A DNA stretch of 63,951 nucleotides, filler included, from Circinaria calcarea (Eukaryota): assembly GCA_051942165.1 (NCBI GenBank). It is 4 parts of 4 records of this genome, joined end to end, with 100 filler letters (N's around TTAATTAATTAA, not from the genome) between each part and the next. Parts side by side here need not be neighbours in the genome. Positions count along the whole stretch, not along the records: positions 50,169 to 63,951 come from JAVECS010000473.1; 3 more parts are not named here. The stretch is one strand, 5' to 3'. Positions 50,893 to 61,225 of the stretch are shown piece by piece. The number at the start of each line of letters is the position of its first letter. The first letter of the stretch is position 1. The translations under genes and the position numbers were made by a program. The notes beneath the pieces are model-generated. The model was not told where the DNA came from, searched no databases, and was given only the letters and a program-made list of their open reading frames with translations.

Positions 50893-53800
50893 TCATGCTT
50901 CATCTTCTCCTTCCTCGTCATCGTCCTCATCCATTCCTTCACCAACATCAACGGTGAATGAAGGATCCTGGTCGACACCAACATAACTATCCGACATGAG
51001 GTACAATGTCAACTCATGCTTGCCCGGGGTCGACGGCGCAACATATTCGAGTCGGACCTCCAACATCCTGCCGAATGTAACCCGCTTGATTGCCAATAAG
51101 CTATTGCCGGAACCACCGACTACCAGCCACCAATTTTCAATCTTTTTCAGAGGGTAAAAGGGCGCATGGACGGTGATATCGGGCTCGCCGTCTTCGTCCA
51201 TTTCACGTTCGATTTTGACCTTGATGTATGCAGGAGCTCCCGCGGTGATGTTCTCTTCCTCGACCTCAAAATCCAAATCGATATTGGGATAGTTGTTTGT
51301 GAAATTGGCTGCCTGTGCGAGTTGACTGTTGTCAAGGCCAGTACGTTTGATGAGGGCGGCTGAGCCTTTCTCTGACATCACGTCTATGAATTCGAAGATG
51401 TCCTTTACTCCAGCTTCGTTAACGGCGGAGATGACTTCGGGTGAGAAATGCGGGATTTGCTTCAAAGGACTATCTCTATCCCACATAGCCTGGACAACCA
51501 TTTGCGACATTTCCATGGCACTCATTGCATTCAGGTGTCCTTCCGACGACAGGACATCAACGCACCCGCTCAGAAGGTTGAGTACCTTTGACAATATGAT
51601 TTCCTGGTCTTTCGCGAGGTCTGGTGGAAGCTGCATTCGAGAGAAGTGAGCTTGCAACAGCACGAAAGCCTTAAAGTGAGGGGATTCGTAGGATGGCTGG
51701 GCCATCTTGACAGGTACCCGGTCATAGATACGGCCAAGAATCCTATCTTCATGACGTCGTATCTGGATGGACTCGAACTCTGTTGCTGAAGTTACAATCT
51801 CCAGTATGCCTTTGAGCTTAGTTCGTCCCGTCAAAGACAGTAAAAATGTCTGCATGGTGACAAAAGATATATTGTAGTAGGCAGCAATCATGGCAGCATT
51901 GAGAGGGGTGACTGTATCATCCTCTTCGTCCAACTCGATGATTTTGGCTTCTGCTAGGTCCTTGAGCGTATTCTCGACTAGTTCCGAAAGATGAGTACTA
52001 AGACCTTCATGAGAAGTGTCGGTTAGCCCGTAATAGCTTGGATTGGCGAGTAATCTCCGGTAAAAGTAAGTATATGTTGCCCAGTCCACAGCATCCTGAG
52101 TGGATGCAATCATCTTGGTGCTGATCTCGGAAACAAATGCATCGTGCAAGTAGACTTGAAGATGGCTTTCGATTGGCAAAGCCTCGTTGAGAAACTTCTT
52201 GTAGTATTCCCGTTTGACCGCAGGGACCATCAAGACACCTCTACTTGATCTATCCTCCGATGGTCTACTGGCTTTTCCAAACATCTGCAGAATCTCGCTG
52301 ATAGGGTAGTCAATATACCGGTGCTCCCTTCCTTCGAAGAACTGGGTGCCCATAACGATGACCAGATATGCGGTGCAGTCCATCTCCCAACATACATCTC
52401 GAGAGGCGATCATAACCTGTATAGCTCCTATGGAGTACAAGTGTGACACGATACGCTTGTCACTGTTGCTTAGAGCTTCATGAAAGTAGCCAATGCCATG
52501 TCTAATAGACTCTTCCAGAGGCTTCTCATGAATACGTTCCAACAGCGGAGTTATTTCATCGACACTTGCATGTAGAAATCTATCCTCATCGCCATCAGTA
52601 ATGCATGCAGAAAGAAGATCTAAAGCAGTCGCTCTGGCTTGCCTGCGGCTAGGGACGAAGACGATAGATGGCTTATTGGGGGACATTTGCACGATGGACA
52701 GATAGGTTGGTTTCGCCATGGCCAACATAAGCGATGGGAAGTGCGGGATCGTATAGGATTGTATGTGAAGCTCCAAAGGTACCGGCCGAACGTGAGGACT
52801 AAAATTGTAGATTGTATGTTTCGTAGCTCCAATCCATTCCCCAATGTCTCGAGCGTTCGAAAGAGATACGCTTAATCCCACAATTCTCATGTTGTTCTCC
52901 GTTTGAAGTGCGATGTAATGCATCCGGGAAACGATGATCTCGTATATGAAGCCCGCATGTCCGCCAAGCATGTGGAGCTCGTCTGCGATGAACAGCTGAA
53001 TCGTTTGTACATTCTTGCGACGTTGCCATTGACGCGACAGGACGTCCCATTGCGACGGTGTGGCCAAGACAAGATCGCCCTTCTCTAGAAGCTTCAGATC
53101 TGCCGTCGTTTCACCAGTCAGCTTGACGACCTGCTTGCCACCACCGAGCTGACTGAATCTCTTCTCCCAATCAAAGTGTCTCTGATTGACAAGCTCTTGA
53201 AACGGAGTAATGTATACTGCGCGACCACCAGATTGTGATGACCAATGCCTCAGCAAAGCGAACTCGGCGCACACCGTCTTGCCACTTCCTGTTGGCGCGC
53301 CGATGAAGACATTATCATCGGTGGTGAAAAGTGAATTGAAGACTTGAGTTTGTATCTTGTTGAACTTCTCCAATCGTGGATACAAATCCTGATAGTCTTG
53401 GTTTTTGAGCGCCTTCACTGGCAATGGTTGCAAGTCTAATAGGGGGGTGTGCGTGGGGAACTTCTCAGGCAAGACCAGCTTCTGGAATGAAACAGCCAAT
53501 TTCGTCTCCGAATGCATCCATCTATCGGAGAGTAGGGTGATGAAGTAGTTTGGGGGCTTTGGTTCTGTTATAGGAACAGTAAACTCAACCAGGTGCTCGG
53601 CCATCTCGGACGTGGCGTAGTCACGCCGTAGTAAAAACTGATCATGGAAGAGTATGTCCTCGCCATCACAATCCTCAACGATTATCCAGAAATTCTCTGC
53701 TCCCCCGTGTAACATGTCGTCCCATTCGAAGCTTGGTGTTATCGTCAACTCCACTCGAAGCATCGATCTAGTCATCGGCTGCACTTGAGCCTGTACTTCT

Positions 53801-56800
53801 AGCCTGGGGAATTTCTGGACCAAGTTACAGACAGTCTTACCGGCCCTGGGCATACCGAGGAGCTCACCCATGCGCGGTGGATCGAGATCAAAGTAGCTTG
53901 ACCATGGAACGTCGATCCGTTCAGCCTTTTGAATGATGTCTCTAGGACATGTTGGAAATTGTCGAAGAGGCGTCATGGTAGGCCACATCCGCTTCTCAGC
54001 CATCTTGCACAAGTCAAGCGCTGTCTTAGCCACAGAGGCCCAGCCCTTCTTCAGCGATATTTCAAATATGGCACGAAGGATTCGCCCAGCAGACTGGGTC
54101 ACATATACAAGGTCGGCCATCAGTGCAAGTCCCTCAAGCTTCAGTCGAGAAATGTAAGCCTGCAGGAGAACGTTAATCTTAGCATGAGGCTCCTCGATGC
54201 TCTCTTTCACTGGAATAGGGACTCGGCCGAGGAGCTTCGCGAGTTCGAGCTTCTCGTCTTGTCTGACAGGTATATACTTGAATTCGTCGCTAAGAGCGAA
54301 GATGCGGAAGAGTTCGATTGGGGTGATCATAGGCTGAATGTGATGATTGTATGTCAACATGGAGTTGTGTGTGATGTAGTAATGCGATGCAATTCGTCCA
54401 AGTTCGGTAGACTGCAGCTTACCCGTCTTCTTGTCATACTTGACAAGACTTGACTTCTCAAGGACTGTCGCGGCTGAATGTATCAGATCCACCCGCTTCT
54501 GTTCTAATGCAGCGTCGTTTTCGTACTCAGGCCCAACGCTGTACAAGCCTGGCGAGCGGAGCATTCTCACGAAAAGATATGTATATCCAAGCCACTCAAC
54601 ACCCTCATCACGACTCCTGACGTTGCCCAGGACGACCTCCGCGTTGAGATTATCAACAAGCTTGCTGACGAACTGACTTTCTATCGGTAATTGCTGGTTC
54701 AAGAGTGACAGGTAATACTGAATTTCTGTTTGAGTTGTAATGATGATGCCTTCACCGAATGAATCGTATTGAGGACGCCCAGCTCGACCAAGCATTTGCA
54801 GTACATCTTGTGGACTTAGCTCAACCCAGCTGCCTTTCTCAGGCGAGTAAATCTGCGTTCCCTTGATGATTACAGCATGAGCCGGAAGGTTCACTCCCCA
54901 TGCCAACGTAGCTGTACAAACAAGTAATCGGAGATCTCCCCCTGCAAAAAGCTCTTCTACCGAAGAACGATCCGCCCGGGTCATGCCAGCATGATGGATA
55001 CCAATGCCGTATGGCATCAGGTCCTTAAGGTCTCGATCTGCCACCGAATCGGCTTCGGAAGTCAAGATTTCTCGACTGGCAGCGTCACTTCGAAGTATCT
55101 GGCCAATGGTTTCTAACTCGAGTGCCTTATCCCGTATGTATTTTGCGGTCTTTGCAGTTTCCTTTCTCGAATGTACAAAAATCAGCATCTGATTGCCCTG
55201 GGCGCCGATTTGCTCGAGGACTTTGGTGTAGCAAACATCATTCATGGTTTTGAGTTGCTTGATGGCCTTTTTATCGGTTACACCGATAAATTCCTGGCGA
55301 AGTGGACAAGGTCGGTAAGATCCGTCAAAGTGGAATAATCCCTTGGTTGGATCAACGCGTAGGAAACTGGCTACATCCTTATAATTGGGAAGGGTAGCAC
55401 TAAGACCAATCAACCGTACAGGATCCCCCGTCTGCTCGATTTTGCGAATGGTTCTACTGACGATGCTTTCAAGCACTGGACCTCTGTCGTCATGAAGCAA
55501 GTGTATTTCGTCGATGATGATCAATCGTACCAAATTGGTGTAACTTGTATCTGTTGCTTTACGAGTGATGACATCCCATTTTTCAGGTGTTGTTACTATG
55601 ATCTGTGTATCGGCAATCTGCTGCTTCGTGAGTTGACGATCACCGGTGAGTTCGGATACCTTTATGCCATAGGACTCGAGCCGCTTGCCAAAATTGCCAA
55701 CCTGCTCTTGAACGAGGGCTTTAAGGGGAGCAATGTAGACGATTTTGAAGTCGTCTAGCATGATTTCTCCAGTTTCTGGATTACGATGCTTGCCGATTTC
55801 TCTCAACATGGCGAGCATTCCAACATTGGTTTTCCCAGATCCAGTAGGCGCACATATCAACATGTTGCAGTCATCTTCAAAGGCGGCTGGAAAACACTTT
55901 GTTTGTATACGATTGAGCTTCTCGGATGACCCAAATCCAGGACGTGACCAGTCCGGTAGTTCGGATGCTAACATGTCGGCACGCTCGCTAGAATCTTTGT
56001 GACGCTTTGGCGCTGGTACGTGGATTTCTTCGTAGCCCTTAAAAGTACGCTTAGTCGAACCCTGTGGTAGTTTAACGTTGGGATTCGTCATCAAGTGATT
56101 TCCCTGAGAGAAGACGAGGTTTTCAAGGTTGATCAACCGCTTGGGCTGAAGACCACCAATGAGTGTGCCATCCTTGGCCTGATCATTCCCTCCGCCATTG
56201 GTTGAAGATGTGGGTATATCAATGTCCATTAGGTCAAGCTTCAACTTTTTGCTGGGCTGGGCACCGCCTTCTCCAGTACCAACACCCTGAAGTTCGTCTA
56301 GAATTGCTCTATGACCCTCCGAGACCATCTCACGCTCAATGACAGCCTTAGCTTCTAGATCTTCGACAGCTCTCCGCCAGCGAGTTACCCAGACAATTTT
56401 GTCTCGATTCATAATAAGTTTCTCCACTAGCTCATGGTGCTCATAGTCAAAAAGCTCCATCAGATCGTTTTCAATCTCCCGTAAGGGCCTCTCCTCTCCG
56501 TCCTCGGATACACCAGCCAGAACATGAAGAGCTTCTTGAGTTTTCGTTTGTTGGATATGTGCGTCTGAATAAATTGAGCCAACTTGCCGCTGCAGCCAGT
56601 ATGCGTCTATGTCATGGACAGGAATGAAATTGTGTTTCGCCTTTCGGTCTTGTTTCGAAGTGGTAGGCGCGGTGCTATCATCAATAACCATTTCATCGCC
56701 CTCACTAGCATCAATATTTGTCGCCTGATTTGCGTTTACCGTACCCTCAAGAGCGGAATTATCGAGGCCTTCCCCAGGTCCGTCTACCTCTTCATCTGAT

Positions 56801-57561
56801 GACGGTTCATCCTCGTCCCGAACTTCGTACGTTCTGGCGACACCGTCCTCATCTTCGTCTGACTCATCGAAAACAACGGCTACACCTTGTTTCTCATCCA
56901 ACTCGGCGCCACCTTCTGGACCATTCGTAGCATCGCCGTCTAACAAATCGTCGTCGTCTTCCGCATCATAATCTGTAATTTTCTTCCCAAGGTTGACTAA
57001 CTCGTTGAACTCCTTTGAACCCATTGAGATACCCAGCACATCGTCGATCTCCTTCTTCTTATCGAAGTCCTTCATGTTCTCATCCTTGAGATATTCCAAG
57101 ACCACATCTGCGGCACTTCTCACGATTTCATGTGAGACGTCCCCAAGATGGTTTGCAGTGGTTGTAAGGATAAGATCGTAGGTCTGTCTAGTAGCCGGTG
57201 TTCGCGGCCTATACCGCAGGCCCTCGATAGATGCATCCGCCGCAGATAGAACTCCGGTACCACGGAGCTGTGTAGTTTCGCCTCGCTTCCGTTTCTTCTG
57301 CTCTCTCTCCAACACATCTTCACCTTCTCGTATACTTCCACGCTCGACATCCTTTGGACCGGTGATTTTCTTCTTTTGCTTTGGCGCATGCTCTCGAGCA
57401 TCGCGCGATCCCATGTCCCTGATGTTGATACGCCCTGCCAAAGACTCTGGGTCCCCAGTCACCTCGTCGTTGCGGCGAGTAACAAATCGACGGTCTGCCT
57501 GGAGAACCAGGTTAGACATCGCCGAGTACTTGTACTGCGAGACATTGTTGGGGTCTGCCAT
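50893..57561 (-). CDS. BRR2: U5 snRNP 200-kDa splicing helicase Brr2 (single exon)
   Basis: MSNLVLQADRR, two Ski2-like helicase cassettes (APTGSGKT/DEIH and APTGSGKT/DELH), two Sec63 domains and C-terminal MSDSYVGVDQ. Likely start is Met21 of the listed ORF. Confidence 0.98.
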   Translation of the reverse strand: MADPNNVSQYKYSAMSNLVLQADRRFVTRRNDEVTGDPESLAGRINIRDMGSRDAREHAPKQKKKITGPKDVERGSIREGEDVLEREQKKRKRGETTQLRGTGVLSAADASIEGLRYRPRTPATRQTYDLILTTTANHLGDVSHEIVRSAADVVLEYLKDENMKDFDKKKEIDDVLGISMGSKEFNELVNLGKKITDYDAEDDDDLLDGDATNGPEGGAELDEKQGVAVVFDESDEDEDGVARTYEVRDEDEPSSDEEVDGPGEGLDNSALEGTVNANQATNIDASEGDEMVIDDSTAPTTSKQDRKAKHNFIPVHDIDAYWLQRQVGSIYSDAHIQQTKTQEALHVLAGVSEDGEERPLREIENDLMELFDYEHHELVEKLIMNRDKIVWVTRWRRAVEDLEAKAVIEREMVSEGHRAILDELQGVGTGEGGAQPSKKLKLDLMDIDIPTSSTNGGGNDQAKDGTLIGGLQPKRLINLENLVFSQGNHLMTNPNVKLPQGSTKRTFKGYEEIHVPAPKRHKDSSERADMLASELPDWSRPGFGSSEKLNRIQTKCFPAAFEDDCNMLICAPTGSGKTNVGMLAMLREIGKHRNPETGEIMLDDFKIVYIAPLKALVQEQVGNFGKRLESYGIKVSELTGDRQLTKQQIADTQIIVTTPEKWDVITRKATDTSYTNLVRLIIIDEIHLLHDDRGPVLESIVSRTIRKIEQTGDPVRLIGLSATLPNYKDVASFLRVDPTKGLFHFDGSYRPCPLRQEFIGVTDKKAIKQLKTMNDVCYTKVLEQIGAQGNQMLIFVHSRKETAKTAKYIRDKALELETIGQILRSDAASREILTSEADSVADRDLKDLMPYGIGIHHAGMTRADRSSVEELFAGGDLRLLVCTATLAWGVNLPAHAVIIKGTQIYSPEKGSWVELSPQDVLQMLGRAGRPQYDSFGEGIIITTQTEIQYYLSLLNQQLPIESQFVSKLVDNLNAEVVLGNVRSRDEGVEWLGYTYLFVRMLRSPGLYSVGPEYENDAALEQKRVDLIHSAATVLEKSSLVKYDKKTGKLQSTELGRIASHYYITHNSMLTYNHHIQPMITPIELFRIFALSDEFKYIPVRQDEKLELAKLLGRVPIPVKESIEEPHAKINVLLQAYISRLKLEGLALMADLVYVTQSAGRILRAIFEISLKKGWASVAKTALDLCKMAEKRMWPTMTPLRQFPTCPRDIIQKAERIDVPWSSYFDLDPPRMGELLGMPRAGKTVCNLVQKFPRLEVQAQVQPMTRSMLRVELTITPSFEWDDMLHGGAENFWIIVEDCDGEDILFHDQFLLRRDYATSEMAEHLVEFTVPITEPKPPNYFITLLSDRWMHSETKLAVSFQKLVLPEKFPTHTPLLDLQPLPVKALKNQDYQDLYPRLEKFNKIQTQVFNSLFTTDDNVFIGAPTGSGKTVCAEFALLRHWSSQSGGRAVYITPFQELVNQRHFDWEKRFSQLGGGKQVVKLTGETTADLKLLEKGDLVLATPSQWDVLSRQWQRRKNVQTIQLFIADELHMLGGHAGFIYEIIVSRMHYIALQTENNMRIVGLSVSLSNARDIGEWIGATKHTIYNFSPHVRPVPLELHIQSYTIPHFPSLMLAMAKPTYLSIVQMSPNKPSIVFVPSRRQARATALDLLSACITDGDEDRFLHASVDEITPLLERIHEKPLEESIRHGIGYFHEALSNSDKRIVSHLYSIGAIQVMIASRDVCWEMDCTAYLVIVMGTQFFEGREHRYIDYPISEILQMFGKASRPSEDRSSRGVLMVPAVKREYYKKFLNEALPIESHLQVYLHDAFVSEISTKMIASTQDAVDWATYTYFYRRLLANPSYYGLTDTSHEGLSTHLSELVENTLKDLAEAKIIELDEEDDTVTPLNAAMIAAYYNISFVTMQTFLLSLTGRTKLKGILEIVTSATEFESIQIRRHEDRILGRIYDRVPVKMAQPSYESPHFKAFVLLQAHFSRMQLPPDLAKDQEIILSKVLNLLSGCVDVLSSEGHLNAMSAMEMSQMVVQAMWDRDSPLKQIPHFSPEVISAVNEAGVKDIFEFIDVMSEKGSAALIKRTGLDNSQLAQAANFTNNYPNIDLDFEVEEENITAGAPAYIKVKIEREMDEDGEPDITVHAPFYPLKKIENWWLVVGGSGNSLLAIKRVTFGRMLEVRLEYVAPSTPGKHELTLYLMSDSYVGVDQDPSFTVDVGEGMDEDDDEEGEDEA

Positions 57562-57969
57562 GGCTGTGAAGTGCTGCCAGTGCAGGCGCTGAAAGGACTG
57601 CGAGCACTGTAAGGACTGCAAAAGTTAGTTGACCAGGCCCAAGAATGATACACGTGATAACTCAAGATTCATAAGGCTGAAGCTTAGCTTTATGGGTTAC
57701 AGGGATGCGTTAAGCGCAAACAGCCCTATGATTATCGATACTATATCTGACTTACTCCGTCAACAACTAACATGAAGAGAATTACCGTGGTAGATTTAAT
57801 CAATTTAGCTCTAGACATAGCGGCATTATGAGACTTTTGTTGGGCGAAGCTTTTAAAAAACTGATATGATTGCCATTTAAAAAAATAAAAGCCGACTATG
57901 GATATCCTCGTTGCCCCATTCTTGATCTCTCCACTGTTGTTTTCTCACAGGGTGTACGTCTACCAAAGA

Positions 57970-58404
57970 TTATCGGTAGCCTTTACTCCTCCATATCTCC
58001 TTCTCCGCCTCTTGTTCCAATCCTCTTTTGATTCTGTCCTCTACCCACCGGTCCATTTCGTGCTGCATTTTTTCCGCCTCCAATGGACTCTCGCAGCTCC
58101 TCAATCCCACGAATCTCCCAAATCTCCTCCGTTTGTCATCTATATTTGCATCTCTCTTCCATCTTTCGATGATCGGAGCAGGATAGGAGAAGCTCAACGA
58201 GCTAGGTGTCCGCTGATGATAAAAGTGGGCAAGGTTGTCAAGTTCCGCTTCTGTAAGGAGATGGTAGTGCAGCAGCGTCGGGGGAAAGGATGGGTGAGCT
58301 AGGCCGGTTTGTATGGATAGAAGAGGTTGAAGAGGGAGTCGGAGATGGTCGACATGGCGTTTGAAGCGGGAATGAGGATCCTTTGCTTGAGATTTGTTGC
58401 TCAT
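57970..58404 (-). CDS. Small conserved fungal protein of unknown function
   Basis: 144-aa intronless ORF with motifs HPSFPPTLLHYHLLTEAELDNLAHFYHQ and KRRRFGRFVGLRSCESP, recalled from other ascomycete hypothetical proteins. Confidence 0.75.
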   Translation of the reverse strand: MSNKSQAKDPHSRFKRHVDHLRLPLQPLLSIQTGLAHPSFPPTLLHYHLLTEAELDNLAHFYHQRTPSSLSFSYPAPIIERWKRDANIDDKRRRFGRFVGLRSCESPLEAEKMQHEMDRWVEDRIKRGLEQEAEKEIWRSKGYR

Positions 58405-60937
58405 CTTTCACTTGTGGCAAAGTTGTAGATGTTTACTCCTTGTCGCTGTAGATGTTTGAAGATCAAGCCGTTCTGAAAGATGGTAAATTGTTAAATATGC
58501 GATTCCTGCACGTAGATACTAGAGACTGGATGGTTCTACAGCATAAACGAACAATGTGCGGTCAGGAAATTACTTATGTGGACACAACACAAGGGCTTGT
58601 CTCAGCTTCTCTTTGATATTCAAAGAATGTGAAAAGCCCATCAAGCCGCTTTGTTTACTTATACCTCCGAAGGCGTGATGTATGGTCCTTTGTCCACTTT
58701 GTCTCAACCCTTTACTCCATACAGATTTCCCAAATTAGACATCATAGTACCAGACCCAACGGAAGGTGGGAACCATCGTTAAATGGACAAGGCCTTAACT
58801 TTTGGTGGTGCCAAATAGCGTAATTATTTATGATATAAACTGAGCGCGTCCGGGGGAGACGAGCTAGGCCGACAGGCAGAGCCTCATGCTAGGCGAATGC
58901 GCACATCAGGCTTGTCATCAATACCATCTTCAAAGCCAAACCGATCTCCTACATCGATGGCGAGCATAGCCTTTACCTCACCTAGACCTTCCTGATTTCG
59001 CCACAAGGCCGAAAACAATATTACCAACACAACCCCTTGATAAACCGTAAGGGCCATCGCTCATCGTCACCGGGCTACCCCACCTTAATGTCAACTACAA
59101 CTTCCAACCCACGCAAAGTCGACGACATGATATACGTTGAAGGTGATACGAGGACACAAAGAAAGCAACCGGGAGAATATGGTTGGTCGTTGAATAGGCT
59201 AGTGCCTGGTAAAGAAGTAAGATGATGGGGGTCACTTCTGTAACACCTCGTAAAGTGCTGCTGAAGGCCTTTGACTGCTCTACAGAAGTATCATACTCTT
59301 TATCCGACTGTCCTGGTTGGCAGACGTTAGACTTCAGACTACAAGTTGGTAGGAGTGTACACCGCATAAACTCAAGGCGTGAATCACTACTCTGAAACTG
59401 TTGATTCCAGTTGGATTGGAAACAATCATTCCATTCTTTCGAGATTTGACTCGGATCGTGAGTTTGTTTCTTTCTCTTAGGGTTTCATCTGTATTTCTCA
59501 AAGTACTGCACGTATCAAGGTTTTCTCATGTCATGCTTTGACCTTGATAATTCTATCTTCTATCTTCTGACGCATACTGTTCGTCAGCGGCCCTCGCTGA
59601 TGGAGTATCCTAAATCTTCAGTGCTATGGACCTTAATAATAATTCTATCACGTGTGTGGCCATCGATAATCCGAACAAGCAAGCTGCCCTTTGTAAGAAC
59701 GGGCTCCCGCTTCACGGAAGAGTCCATCATAGTAGCAAGAAGGAGGTGTATTCAATTAAGATATGTGTCTCATTTATTGGGTAGGAGCCCGTTTTATCAT
59801 TCTCTTCTTTGCATACTGCTCTCCTTACTCCAGTCAAGTCCTCTCTTTATCATAACATGAAATGTGCAACGGGTCGTCTTTATATTCTGTACAGATATGA
59901 TTACTGAGCATTAGGGGCCTTCCCCTATTGCTGACATGTCGATGCTCGTAAGTCTCGTTTCGATCTAACTATAACTGTAATCTGTGCTCAAGCAGTTGTA
60001 TCGAAGAAGCCTAGTTTTCCTGAAATGGGTTTTATGTGTCTTGTTTCATGTGTTTTGAAAAGTTTTCATTTCTGTGCTCACAAGTTTTGAGAAGGGAGAC
60101 ATTCTATATTACTGAACTCCCGGTGGCGTAACGGAAACGCATCCGAATTTCCCCAATCCTCCAGCTGACTGAACACAGCAATGGTCTGGGCCGGACAAAT
60201 GCTGGAATCCTATGTTGATTCTTGACAGCTTCTGTGCGAAGTTCGCAAATCTAGCCCAACCACTTGCGTCGAGCGAAACACCATCAGCCATATAATGGCT
60301 GGCTGGCAACGACCGCAGTGAAAGAGTCACGAATTGGAAGACCTACCAAACCTTGCCGAGGAAACATCCAGACTTTGGTTTGCCACGGTCGGTGCATCAC
60401 CGGCTTTCGGCACTGGAGGACAAGGGCACTTGGAGGGGGGCTTTTCTTGCTTTTTCAGCGGTCGGATAAGGAGACAATGGAGGGTGAAGGTGGTGGCAGG
60501 GTGGATGACGATGACAGTCTCATGCTGTTGACGAGCTCTACCGGGGACGGCCTCACGACCGTCGCTGCTGGGGTCAGGACGTGGCAACTTGGCGAGAAGA
60601 GGGTCCTGCGGCATGAGCATGAACGTAACCAGGAGGATACGCGCTAGGATGCGGTCGGGGCGGTTCACTCCACAGGCAGGAAGCGAGCGCTGATTCGTTA
60701 GTCTCTTAGCCTCGTTGAGGATGAGGAGTTTAACACACACACGAACCCTCCGTCTTTCTTTCCTCTCCGCGACCACGACAGCAACAACATCGACCTGTCT
60801 CTCTCGCTGTCATTGTCAGTTCTTCTTCTTGTACTTAGGAGCCTCCCGTTTACTTCACTCGATCATCTGCGATCGTCAATAGGATAAGGCTAGCAGACAA
60901 TAAGAAATCATTTGCACAATCGCATCTTACGTAACCG

Positions 60938-61190
60938 GTAAGGCGCTTTTCCGTAGCATCCATTTCTGAAGTCCTTTTGGATTCTGTCGCGAAGCTTTCA
61001 CGCACTTTTTTCTTCCATCCTCACTCCCAACCTCGCACGTCATCCAGCACCTCTTCTTGACCACAACGTCGTCGTCGTAGCACTGCATTGATCTCTGACT
61101 CACAACCACCACTCATCCACAAGAGCATCCTGTGCTCATCACTTCATCACCTTGTCACGCGTGATTACTGATCGTTGCACGGCATTCCAG
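60938..61190 (+). other. Probable 5'-UTR intron of the PWWP gene
   Basis: GTAAGG donor, ACTGAT branch site and TTCCAG acceptor 35 nt before the ATG, downstream of a CT-rich promoter-like tract (~60750-60830). Confidence 0.45.
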
Positions 61191-61225
61191 CTTGATCGCT
61201 TTCGACTCGTCGGATACATCACGAT

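Noticed and set aside
60260..60780. Overlapping 127-149 aa ORFs upstream of the PWWP gene
   Set aside because: No credible start context or motifs; the position fits the PWWP promoter region.
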